Of a stretch of DNA of 64,000 bases, positions 54,101 through 64,000 are shown piece by piece. This stretch comes from Mobula hypostoma (taxonomy: Eukaryota): positions 25,422,001 through 25,486,000 of the forward strand of contig NC_086097.1 of assembly GCF_963921235.1 (NCBI RefSeq), in the 5' to 3' direction. The position numbers and the translations under genes were made by a program. Under the pieces are notes generated by a model that saw only the letters and a list, made by a program, of their open reading frames with translations, did not search any database and was not told the origin of the DNA. Position 1 is the first letter of the stretch. Every line of letters starts with the position of its first letter.

Positions 54101-55364
54101 AGAGATGGCAGAGGAACTAAATGAGTATTTTGCATCAGTGTTCACAGTGGAAGACATTAGCAACATACCTGATAACCAGAGGTCTCAGGCAATAGAATTA
54201 GGTACAGTCAAGATTACTAGAGAGAAAGTGCTTGGGAAGCTAAATGGACTAAGAATAGATAAGTCTCCCAGACCGGATGAGGTGCACCCACGGGTTCTGA
54301 AGGAGGTGGTTTTGGAGATTGTGGAGGCATTGGAAATGATCTTCCAGGAATCAATGGACTCTGGCATAGTTCCGGAGGACTGTAAGGTCGCAAATGTAGT
54401 TCTGCTGTTTAAGAAAGGAGGGAGGCAGCAAAAAGAAAATTACAGACCTATTAGTCTGACATCGGTAGTTGGGAAGTTATTGGAGTGGATCCTCAAGGAC
54501 AAGGTTATGAAATACCTCTAGGTGCATGATAAGATAGGATGAGATGAGATACAATGTTGAGAAATGTACGGTTGTACATTTTGGAAGAAGAAATAATCGG
54601 GCAGATTATTATTTAGATGGGGAGAAAATTCAAAATTCGGAAGTGCAAAGGGACTTGGGGGTCCTCGTGGAGGATACCCTAAAGGTTAACCACCAAGTTG
54701 GATCGGCAGTCAGGAAAGCGAATGCTATGTTGGCATTCACTTCAAGAGGAATAGTGTATAAGAGTGAGGAGGTGTTGATGAGGCTCTATGGGGCACTGGT
54801 GAGACCTCATTTGGAATACTGTGTGCAGTTCTGAGCCCCCCATCTTAGAAGGGATGTTCTGATGTTGGAAAGAGTTCAGAGAAGATTTATGAGGATGATT
54901 CCTGGAATGCAGGGGCTAACATATGAGGAGTGTTTCTGGGCTCTTGGACTGTATTCATTATAGAAAAATGAGAGGGGATCTCATAGAAACATTTTGCATG
55001 TTGAAAGGGTTGGACAGAGTAGATGTGGAAAGGCTGTTTCCCTTGGTGGGTGAGTCCAGGACAAGAGGCCACAGTCTTAGAATTAGAGGGTACCCATTTA
55101 AAACAGAGATGACGAGAAATTTTTTTAGCCAGAGGGTTGTAGATTTATGGAATTCTTTGCCACATACAGTTGTGGAGGCCCGATCATTGAGGGTGTTTAA
55201 GGAGGAGATTGGTAGGTATCTAATTAGTCAGGGTATCAAGGGATATGGGGAAAAAGCTGGAAATTGAAACTAGATGGGAGAATAGTTTAGCTCATGATGG
55301 AGTGGCGGAGCAGACTCGATGGGCCGAACGGCCTACTTCTGCTTCTTTGTTTTGTGATCTTGTG
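48154..55364 (+). mobile_element. Near full-length CR1 LINE (ORF1 zinc finger + SGNH esterase, ORF2 EN-RT with RT core deleted), interrupted by an antisense CR1
   Basis: Tandem 5'UTR units at ~48151 and ~48311. ORF1 motifs CMEC..C, VTGDSI..G, CLPGA, VGTND, DHWDLF|WGRYDLY.DGLHLN. ORF2 YLNARSIRNK..GDFN..SDHN. Deletion near 54540 removes the RT core. 6-bp direct repeat AAATGG at 48148-48153 and 55365-55370. Confidence 0.88.
49304..52720 (-). mobile_element. 5'-truncated CR1 LINE of a different subfamily nested in ORF1 of the above
   Basis: ORFs 52448-52666 (esterase), 51622-52164 (EN), 49912-50778 (RT with KFADD), 49377-49676. Short (TATTC/TGTTC)n tail at ~49304-49330. Confidence 0.92.
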
Positions 55365-57937
55365 AAATGGCTGTTTTGTGTTCTTCATGCCAGATGGTGG
55401 AGTCCTGGGAGACCCAGAGTCTCCCAGGGAACTACATTTGCATGAAGTGCAGAGGACACAGACTCAGAATACAAGAACATCCCTTTACAACAGAGATGAG
55501 CAGGAATTTCTTTTGCCAGAGGGTGGTGAATCTTTGTACTTCAATGCATCTTGAATTATATTGGATTAATTATTTTGTTTTACATATGTGCTCTGTGTGA
55601 TACAGTAGATGTATTGTAGATGTACCATGGTCCAGAGGAATGTTGTGTCATTTGGTTTGCAATAAACTTGATGACAATACACTTGAACTTGAATTCATTG
55701 CCACAGATGGTTGTGGGGGCCAGTCATTGGGTATATTCAATAGCTTTTTATTAGCAAGGGTGTCAAAGGTTATGGGGAGAAGGTAAGAGAATGGCATTTA
55801 GAAAGATAATAAATCACACATGAAGGAACGATGGAGCAGACCCAATGGGCCATATTCCCTTATTCTGCTCATGTGTCTTATGATCTCAGATCTCTTTAGG
55901 CCACCTGCTTATTCTTTCAATTGATGCAGAGAGAATAAAAAATGTTACCAAACAACCCAATTGTCTAAAATCTAAATTGGTAAATTGGTTTATTACCTAG
56001 TTACATTCCTACCAACTACCGGGCATTTCTACCCAGACTGGAGCTCTAAACATAGCTTCAGAGGGACAATAAAACCACAGAGCTTTTAACCACCATTTGA
56101 CTGAGTTGAGTCTTAAATCACAGGAGCTTCAGGACCCACACACCAGGTTTTGGAACAGTTATTATCCCTCAACCATCAGGCTCTCGAACCAAGGGGGATA
56201 ACTTCATAACCTATGGACTCACATTCAAGGACTCTTCATCTCATGTTTCCGATATTTATTGCTTGCTTGTTTGTTTGTTTGTTTGTTTGTTTATTTATGT
56301 TTTTTCTCTTTTGTATTTGCAGTTTGTTCTCTTTTTTAGTTGGTGTCTGTCCTGTTGTTGGGCACAGTCTTTCACTGATTGTATTATGTGTCTTGGATTT
56401 ACTATGGATGCTCACAAGAAAATGAATCTCAGGGTTGTATATAATGACATTTAAGTACTTTGATACTTGTAAACATACTATTGCCCCCTTCCCACTCTCA
56501 ACGCTCAATAGGGACCCATATCAGAATCAAATTTATCATCACTCAAGTACGTCATGGATTTTTTTTTGTTTTATTGCAAGAGTACAGTGCAATACATAAA
56601 ATTACTACAGTACTGTGCTACAGTCTTAGGCACCTAGCTCTATATATGTGCCTTAGACCTTTGCACAGCACTGTAGATTAGAAGAAAAGGTTTAATTCTT
56701 CAAAAAAGCACTGAAATAAATTATGCTTTGATCTTGATTCTCAGTGAGGTTTGCTTGCATCTTTGAAACCATTTCCCCAAATGATTGGAAATTTGTTTAA
56801 TTATTCTAGCATCTGAATCATAATATACGATACAGAAGGCACCAACAGCGTCTGAAAGCCTGTATGGACCGGTGAGTCTTTTCCACTTATCACTACTCAT
56901 CACATGCTCATATTTATTTTGGCTCTCAGCAGAACATCAAATGTGTCGAGTAATTTGATTTTCCTTTTCCTAATATTAGTTGTAGCCAAGAATAATGTAT
57001 TTAATGACAAATTAATAGCACCCTCTAAGAGGATAATGAGAATAATCAGCTAAAGTAATTGTTGCTCTTATTCGTTGAATTACAGGCTAAATTCCGCATG
57101 GGAGAGAATATTAATTATCCACACATGTTGATAACTAATCAGTTTCCCGGGGTGGGGGGGGGAATTAATTTGTAGCAAGGAAGCCAAAGAGGCCCTGTTG
57201 TTCCTCAAGCCCCAAACAGATAGAAAATGCAAAAATCTGTTCAGATGCAAAGAATAAGACTCTAATTCCAATGTTTAGCAGTTGCCCACTGAGGTATTAT
57301 CTCAAAAAACACAGCAACATAATTGGACCATGAAAGATGTTTGCCCAGAAAATAGACAATGTTGAGCAAATGTTTTATGCCAAACTTCTTATTAAGGCCA
57401 TTATATGCACATAAGACCATACCAGCAATGATTTATTATTTTCACGTACCTACAATATTTAAAAACCAGGACAAGTACATAGTAAAGTTGATAGAGTAAT
57501 TAAGAAGATGTGGGCTGTGTTGATCTTCATTAGTTGGGGAATTGAATTCAAGAGCCACAAGGTAGTGTTGCAGCTCTATAAAACCCCAGTTAGACCACAC
57601 TTGGAATATTGTGTTCAGTTTTGGACATCTCATTATAGAAAGGATGTGGAAGCTTTAGAGAGGCTGCAGAGGAGATTTACCAGGATACTGTCTGGATTAG
57701 AGGGCATGTCTTATGAAGACAGGTTGAGCAAGTTAGGGCTTTTCTCTTTGGAGCAAAGCAGGATGAGAGGTGACTCGATAAAGATGTACAAGATGACAAA
57801 AGACTTAGATTGAGTGCCTAGCTGGAAACTTTTCCCAGCCCAGAAATAGCTAAATCAATGGGGCATTATTTTAAGCAACACACATCAAAGTTGCTGGTGA
57901 AAGCAGCAGGCCAGGCAGCATCTCTAGGAAGAGGTAC

Positions 57938-57973
57938 AGTCGACGTTTCAGGCTGAGACCCTTCGTCAGGATT
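57938..57973 (-). ncRNA. Minimal type I hammerhead ribozyme motif in Penelope terminal repeat (on the CEP128 pre-mRNA strand)
   Basis: Minus strand: aauc-CUGACGA-AGG gucucag CCU-GAA-ACGU-C-gacu. Intact core, 3-bp stem II, palindromic ACGU in place of stem III, GUC cleavage triplet, one mismatch in stem I. Confidence 0.7.
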
Positions 57974-58956
57974 AACTGAAGGAAGCGTTAGTAAGAGATT
58001 TGAAAGTGTGAGGGGGAGAGGGAGATCCAAAATGATAGGAGAAGACAGGAGGGGCAGGGATGGAGCCAAGAGCTGGGCAGGTGATTGGCAAAGGGGATAT
58101 GAGAGGATCATGGGACAGGGGGTCCGGGAAGAAAGACAAGGTGGGGGGGGGAACCCAGAGGATGGGCAAGGGGTATAGTCAGAGGAACAGAGGGAGAAAA
58201 AGGAGAGTGAGAGAAAGAATGTGTGTATAAAAATAAATAATGGATGGGGTACAAGGGGGAGGCAGGGCATTAGCGGAAGCTAGAGAAGTCGATGTTCACG
58301 CCATCAGGTTGGAGGCTACCCAGACGGAATATAAGGTGTTGTTCCTCCAACCCGAGTGTGGCTTCATCTCTACAGCAGAGGAGGCCGTGGACAGACATGC
58401 CAGAATGGGAACAGGACGCGGAATTAAAATGTGTGGCCACTGGGAGATCCCGCCCCCTCTGGCGGACAGAGCGTAGGTGTTCAGCAAAGCGGTCTCCCAG
58501 TCTGCGTCGGGCCCCGCCAATATATAGAAGGCCACATCGGGAGCACCGGACGCAGTATATCACCCCAGCCGACTCACAGGTGAAGTGTCGCCCCACCTGG
58601 AAGGACTGTCCGGGGCCCCAAATGAGATGGCGTGAACATCGACTTCTCTAGCTTCCGCTAATGCCCCGCCTCCCCCTCGTACCTCATCCGTTATTTATTT
58701 TTATACACACATTCTTTCTCTCACTCTCCTTTTTCTCCCTCTGTCCCCCTGACTATACCCCTTGCCCATCCTCTGGGTTTCCCCCTCCCCTTGTCTTTCT
58801 CCCCGGACCTCCTGTCCCATGATCCTCTCATATCCCCTTTGCCAATCACCTGCCCAGCTCTTGGCTCCATCCCTCCCCCTCCTGTCTTCTCCTATCATTT
58901 TGGATCTCCCCTTCCCCCTCACACTTTCAAATGTCTTACTAACTCTTCCTTCAGTT

Positions 58957-58992
58957 AGTCCTGACGAAGGGTCTTGGCCTGAAACATCGACT
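58957..58992 (+). ncRNA. Minimal type I hammerhead ribozyme motif in Penelope terminal repeat
   Basis: AGUC-CUGACGA-AGG gucuugg CCU-GAA-ACAU-C-GACU. Perfect 4-bp stem I; palindrome decayed ACGU>ACAU (CpG-type change). Confidence 0.65.
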
Positions 58993-59302
58993 GTACCCCT
59001 TCCTAGAGATGCTGCCTGGCCTGCTGCGTTCACTAGCAACTTTGATGTGTGTTGCTTGAATTTCCAGCATCTGCAGAATTCCTGTTGTGGGCATTATTTT
59101 GAGCTGATTGGTGGAAAGTATAGTGGAAATGACAAAAGCAAATTCTTCAGAGAAAGAGTGGGTGCATGGAATGCCCTGCCAGGGGTGGTGGTAGAGGAAG
59201 ATACATTAGGAACATTCAAGAAACTCTTAGATAGGCACATGGATAATAAAAAAAATGGAGGGCTATGGAGGAGGGAAGGGTTAGACAAATCTTAGTTTAG
59301 AG

Positions 59303-59382
59303 CAGGGGTTCCCAACCTGCATTCCACAGACCCCCTGCTTAATGGTTTTGGTCCATGGCATGAAAAATGTTGGCAACACCTG
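59303..59382. mobile_element. 80-bp hAT-Charlie MITE
   Basis: TIRs CAGGGGTTCCCAAC / GTTGGCAACACCTG. Perfect 8-bp TSD GTTTAGAG at 59295-59302 and 59383-59390. Confidence 0.88.
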
Positions 59383-59419
59383 GTTTAGAGGAATATGGGC
59401 CAAACACAGACAAATGTGC

Positions 59420-62400
59420 CTCAGTCTTGCCATATGGTTTGGAGACATGTGTACCTCAGTGACCTGAAGGATATGTTGGCTGGAGTCAGGGCCTTGTGCT
59501 TTGACTCTTGGTAGGGTCGCCCATGCCAAACAGGTCAAAGGGTAGAGGCCAGACTAAGAATGGTCCACCAGTTCTCCAGGCTTGGGGGGTTCAGCTTAAG
59601 GCTAACAATCCTGACTGGTACAAAAAAGCTTTTACAGAAACAGCAATGAAGAATCCTACATCTCTGTGCAAAGGTATTCCTCAGTCTCTACCTGGAATTT
59701 GCGTGACCAACAGTAGCGAAAACCAAGAGGAAGCTATCGGAATGAAGTAAGCCCTCAGAATGAAGTAAGCCCTGTACACCACCAGGATCAAGAACAAAAT
59801 TGTTTTTTGGAAGGTTCGAACCATATACAACACCGCAAGCTAGCACAAATAAATGCAGAAATGCATTGTTACAGCCTATGGGAGGAGAAGATGGCAGCGC
59901 ACCTGCGTGTGTGCAGCTCTCCAGTGAAAAATGATGTTGTATTTGTTAAATAGGGGCCGTGGACAATTCTAATTTGATGGAGAATGGACGTGAAAGCACA
60001 GAGGAACATCTGGAGAAATTTCTGAAACGCCCTGTTGTCGTTACTGTGTGTTCGGGAATCTTTCGGAGGGTAGGCCTCAAAATCCCCGGCCTTGCCTGCT
60101 TTCAGCGACCGAGAAGGAGGTCGAATCGTTCGGACAGAGATGGCGCTCAGTACTTGGTGTCGGAGAGCTGATCGGAGCTCGAAGTTTTTGGATGACTCAG
60201 AGTCGGATTGTGGTCGGCATGGCAGGGAGAGTTTTTCTTCCTTCTCCTGTCTGCGTGAGATGTGGGACATTTGAGAAACTTTGAACTTTGCTGTGCTCAC
60301 GGACTTCTTCATCAAGTTCTGGTATTGTTACACTGTTTGTAACTATATGTCATAATTATGTGGTTTTGTCAGTTTTTTTCAGTCTTGGTTTGTCCTGTGT
60401 TTTGTGATATCACACCGGAGGAAATAATGTATCATTTCTTAATGCATGCATTACTAAATGACAATAAAAGAGGACTACGTGTCTTCATAATCATACATAT
60501 ACTGGGCATCAGTGAAAGCTGATGGACAGGGTCTAGCAGACTAAAGGCAGCAACTAGTGAAGCAGTTTTATATTCAGGAAGGGAAGGTGGTCAGCATCAT
60601 AATGGTATAGCTGTCACTTTGAAAAAAGGCATTGAGAAGTACTTGCTGGAGTGGAAACCAATCAACAGTATGCTGATGAGAGTCAGGCTGAAAGGGAAGC
60701 AAGTGAACGTGACTGTGATCCAGTGCTATGCTCCAACTAACAATAGTGACATTGAAGAAAAGGACATCTTCTATGAACAGCTGCAATCAGTGGTAGGGTT
60801 AACACCACCCCATGACATAATCATCAACATGGGAGATCTAAATGCCAAAGTGAGAAATAACACCTCACATTTCACTAGGGTCATGGGCACACATGAATGT
60901 GGAACGATGAATAACAATGGTGAAAGACTGGTGGAATTCTGTGCCATGAAAAACCTGGTCATAGGAGAGACCTTCTTTCCACACTGTGAAATCCACAAAC
61001 TGACATGGTGCTCACCCAGTGGATGTGACAAGAACCAGACTGACCCTCTAAATATCAATGGTAAGTGGAGACAATCTTTGCAGGATGTAAAGGTGAAAAG
61101 AGGAGCAAATACAGGAAGTGATCACTACCTTGTTGCAACAGTGATGAAACTCAAGCTGAGAAGACATTTTTATGTTTAAAAGCTCAAAGACACCAGTGTG
61201 AGATCTGCTTTCACTATTCAGCTTAAGGACAGATTTCAGGCCTTGATAGACCTTTACGAGGATGTGTCAAAAGACAAGACTGACACAATGTGGAAACTGA
61301 TTGCCTCAGTTTTCAAGGAAAGCAGTGAGTCTTGTCTAGGGTAGAGAGCTGGAACCAAGAACACAGTATGGATACCGCAGGAAACATGGACAACCTTAGA
61401 AGAAAGACAGAAAATTAAGAAGAAAATGTTAGATGCAAAGTCAACATGAATTAAGGTGAAACTTCAACAAGCGTAAAGTGAACTAACAAGGAAGTGAAGA
61501 GACTTGTAAGAAAGGATAAGGGAGTCCACATGAAAGACCTTGCAGAGGCTGAAGCAGCAGCTATTCGAGGTGATCATTAAAATATAGACAAGATTTCAAA
61601 GTTGGTATGCAGAAAGTTTCAGACCAGATCCAGTTGTCCTGTGAGAGATAAGAATGATCTGCTTTGACAACTGAGAAAGAGCAAGAAACACGACGGTTGC
61701 AGTATTTCAGAGAATTACTGAATAGATCATCACCAACTGAAGAACCTGACATACAACAGGCAGCAGAGGACCTTGACATCAACACAGGTCCACTCAAGAA
61801 AGAAGAGATTGTTGCCGCACAGCTCCAGGACGTTACAGTTTGAACACCAGATTGTTCAAAGCTGAAACAAAAGTTGCAGCAGCCATCCTGCAACTACTGT
61901 TTACTATAATCTGGGAACAGGGTCAAGTCCCTGTTCCCAAGAAAGGAGTGCAGAGTAACTGCAAGAACTGGCGTGGCATCACACATTTGTCAGTGCCCAA
62001 CAAGATTCTTGCCAAAGTCATTGTCTATCAGATTGCACATGCTGTTGAAGTCTGCTTGAGGAAAAAGCAAGCTGGCTTCAAGAGAAACAGAGGCTGTGTC
62101 GACCAGATCTTCACACTGTGCAACATCATAGAATGGTGCACAAAGTAGCAGAAACAACTATATGTGAATTTCATGGACTTTGAAAAGGCTTTTGATAGCA
62201 TCCACAGGGAGAGCCTCTGGCAAATTCTTAGATCATATGGGATCCCTTCCAAAATTGTCCAGCTTATTCAGAGTTTCTATGATAATTTTACTTGCACAGT
62301 TGGGTACTACAATTTGAGCTTTGAAGTCAAGGCAGGAGTCAGGCAAGGCTGTGTGATGTCAGTGATATTGTTTAACCCGGTGATTGACTGGGTTTTGAGG

Positions 62401-62560
62401 CAAAGAAAGAAAGATAAGCAGACAGGCATTAGGTGGACTCTATTCTCTACTTTTAGAAGAGTTTGACTTCGCAGATGACCTCACATTACTATCACATACA
62501 TTACAGGACATGCAAGAGAAAACTCAGTGTCTGTGTACCTTTGGTGGACAGGTTAGGGTC
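59420..62560 (+). mobile_element. Decayed RTE-clade LINE including 5'UTR, EN and RT
   Basis: ILGISE, IQCYAPTN, MGDLNAKV, NGERLVEFC, SDHYLV, NWRGI, DFEKAFDS, GVRQGC, DFADD at ~62465. Confidence 0.88.
59879..60494 (+). mobile_element. ~615-bp non-coding insertion (SINE-like or non-autonomous LINE derivative) inside the RTE endonuclease
   Basis: RTE frame reads AEMHCYSL|HILGISE across it. Starts GGGAGGAGAAGATGGCAGCG, is CpG-rich in its 5' half, and has AATAAA near its 3' end. Confidence 0.7.
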
Positions 62561-63139
62561 AACCAGAGTTAGCTGACTTTAATGCTGCGGTAGCGTTTCC
62601 TAGACGGAAGCAGCTGAATCAGTTTATGGTTGGGATGACTGGTGTCCCTGATGATCTTCCAGGTCTCCTTTCTGCACCTGCTGCTATAAATGTCCTCAAT
62701 GGAGGGAAGTTCACATCCACAGATGCACTGGGCTGTCTGTACACTCTCTGCAGTACCTAGTGATCAAGGTTGGTGCAGATCCTGTACCAGGCAGTGATAC
62801 AGCCAGTCAGTATGCTCTCAATGGTGCCCCTGTAGAAGGTCTTGAGGATTTGTGAGCCCACGCCGAACTTCTTCAGTTGCCTGAGGTGGAAGAGATGCTG
62901 TTACGCTTATTTTGCCACAAATCTGGTGTGTACAGTCCAGGTGAGATCATCAGTGATATGTATACCAAGGAACTTGAAACTGCTCACCCTCTCAACTGCA
63001 GACCCGTCGATGTTGATCGGGCTGAGCCTGTCTCCGTTCCTCCTGTAATCCACATTCAGCTCTTTTGTTTTTTGGACACTGAGGGAGAGGTTGTTATCCT
63101 GGCACCACTGTGTCAGGCTGTCAACCTCTCTGTAAGCTT

Positions 63140-63770
63140 AGGGAATAGAAGAGGGAAGGGGGAGGGAATTTTTTTTTCCCAGAAGGAGAAATTGATGTTC
63201 ATGCCATCAGCTTGGAAGCTATGCAGACGGAATATGAGGTGTTCCTCATTCACCCTGAGAGCCTCAATGTGGCAAAAGAGGAGGCTTTGGGGATAGGATG
63301 TCAGAATGGCAATGGGGATAGGAATTAAAATGGTTGGCAACTGGGAAGTTCCACCTCTTGGCAATTGGAGTGGAGGTGCTTAGCAAAGCGATGCCTTTTA
63401 TCACTACGAGGCCACTTTCAGGATGGAGAAACAACACCTCAAATTCTGTCTGGGCAGCCTCCAACCTGATAGCATGAACATCAATTTCTCCTTCTAGTTT
63501 AAAAAAAAATTCCCTCCCCCTCCCCTCTTCTTATTCTTTTTCTCCCATGATCTATTCCCCTCTCCTATCAGATTCCTTCTTCTCCGGCCTTTTCCCTTAC
63601 TCACCCACCTGGCTTCACCTATCATTTTCTAGCTAGTCCTCTTTCCCTCTGCCATCTTCTTCCTTTCTTTCCAGTCCTGAAGAAGAGTCTTGACAAGAAA
63701 CATTGACTGTTTATTAATTTCCATAGATGCTGCCTGACCTACTGAGTTCCTCCAGCATTTTGTGTGCATT
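63140..63770. mobile_element. Penelope-like inverted fragment pair
   Basis: Minus-strand EEHLIFRLHSFQADGMNINFS followed by a plus-strand copy ending CAGTCCTGAAGAAGAGTCTTGACAAGAAACATTGACTG and the terminal repeat. Confidence 0.72.
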
Positions 63771-64000
63771 TCTCTTTAAGTTGTGTGGTGCATTCTCTTA
63801 TAAACTATCAGTTTGGTCAGAAGGAAATGCAAGTGTAAAGAAATAAACTCGAGACTTACATTGAAACATGTTGAGAGGATTAGTGGCCAATTACTTATCT
63901 GCATCCAACAGACTTGTCCATACACAAAAAAAAACACAAAACAAACTGAGAATTGGATTTCTGGATAATTCCATTGATCTCTCTATACTCAACCCAGTCG

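Larger units (their letters stand above)
47970..55890 (+). mobile_element. Outer, heavily deleted CR1 (5'UTR 47970-48153; ORF1 start 55365-55450; 3' end 55451-55890) hosting the nest
   Basis: Removing the insert rejoins GTGTAGCAAATGG to CTGTTTTGTGTTCTTCATGCCAGATG (MAVLCSSCQM..ETQSLPGNYICMKC, CR1 ORF1 zinc finger). Confidence 0.65.
57873..59088. mobile_element. Penelope-like element insertion with inverted pseudo-LTR arms
   Basis: Arms 57873-58305 and 58626-59057 are reverse complements. GIY-YIG-type C-terminus in ORF 58270-58596 (VIYCVRCSRCGLLYIG..RRRLGDRFAEH). 12-bp TSD GGGCATTATTTT at 57861-57872 and 59089-59100 within a CR1 3' region. Confidence 0.9.
57470..59290 (+). mobile_element. CR1 3' fragment split by the Penelope fold-back
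   Basis: LQLYKTPVRPHLEYCVQFW...; resumes after the TSD as GHYFELIGGK..VGAWNALP. Confidence 0.8.

Noticed and set aside
58701..59295. Long ORFs in Penelope UTR arms (also 57866-58270, 44871-45311, 46381-46821)
   Set aside because: Low-complexity purine/pyrimidine-rich UTR sequence lacking stops by composition.
41000..64000. Search for the preceding CEP128 exon (and, in 1-34500, the following one)
   Set aside because: No segment with splice sites and CEP128-like peptide was found by eye; these exons are probably outside the window, though a short exon could have been missed.

Overview
This is vertebrate genomic DNA, most likely from a cartilaginous fish (inferred from the V-SINE, CR1, Penelope and Rex1 repeat spectrum). 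It is almost entirely intronic sequence of CEP128, which runs on the minus strand. Two coding exons are clear (39983-40984, 1002 nt; 34513-34677, 165 nt); both have canonical AG/GT ends and are phase 0-0. Most of the remainder is layered transposon debris: a near-intact full-length L1 with a 15-bp TSD inside a V-SINE, a three-level CR1 nest, several other CR1, Rex1/Babar-like and RTE LINE fragments, a Charlie-type hAT deletion derivative, an 80-bp hAT MITE, a Tc1 remnant containing a tRNA-SINE, and probable solo LTRs. The most interesting non-coding signal is a set of TSD-flanked, inverted (fold-back) Penelope-like insertions. Their terminal repeats carry minimal type I hammerhead-ribozyme motifs (CUGANGA...GAAACGUC) on both strands, including the strand transcribed as CEP128 pre-mRNA. 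All family assignments come from motif recognition; no database searches were run.
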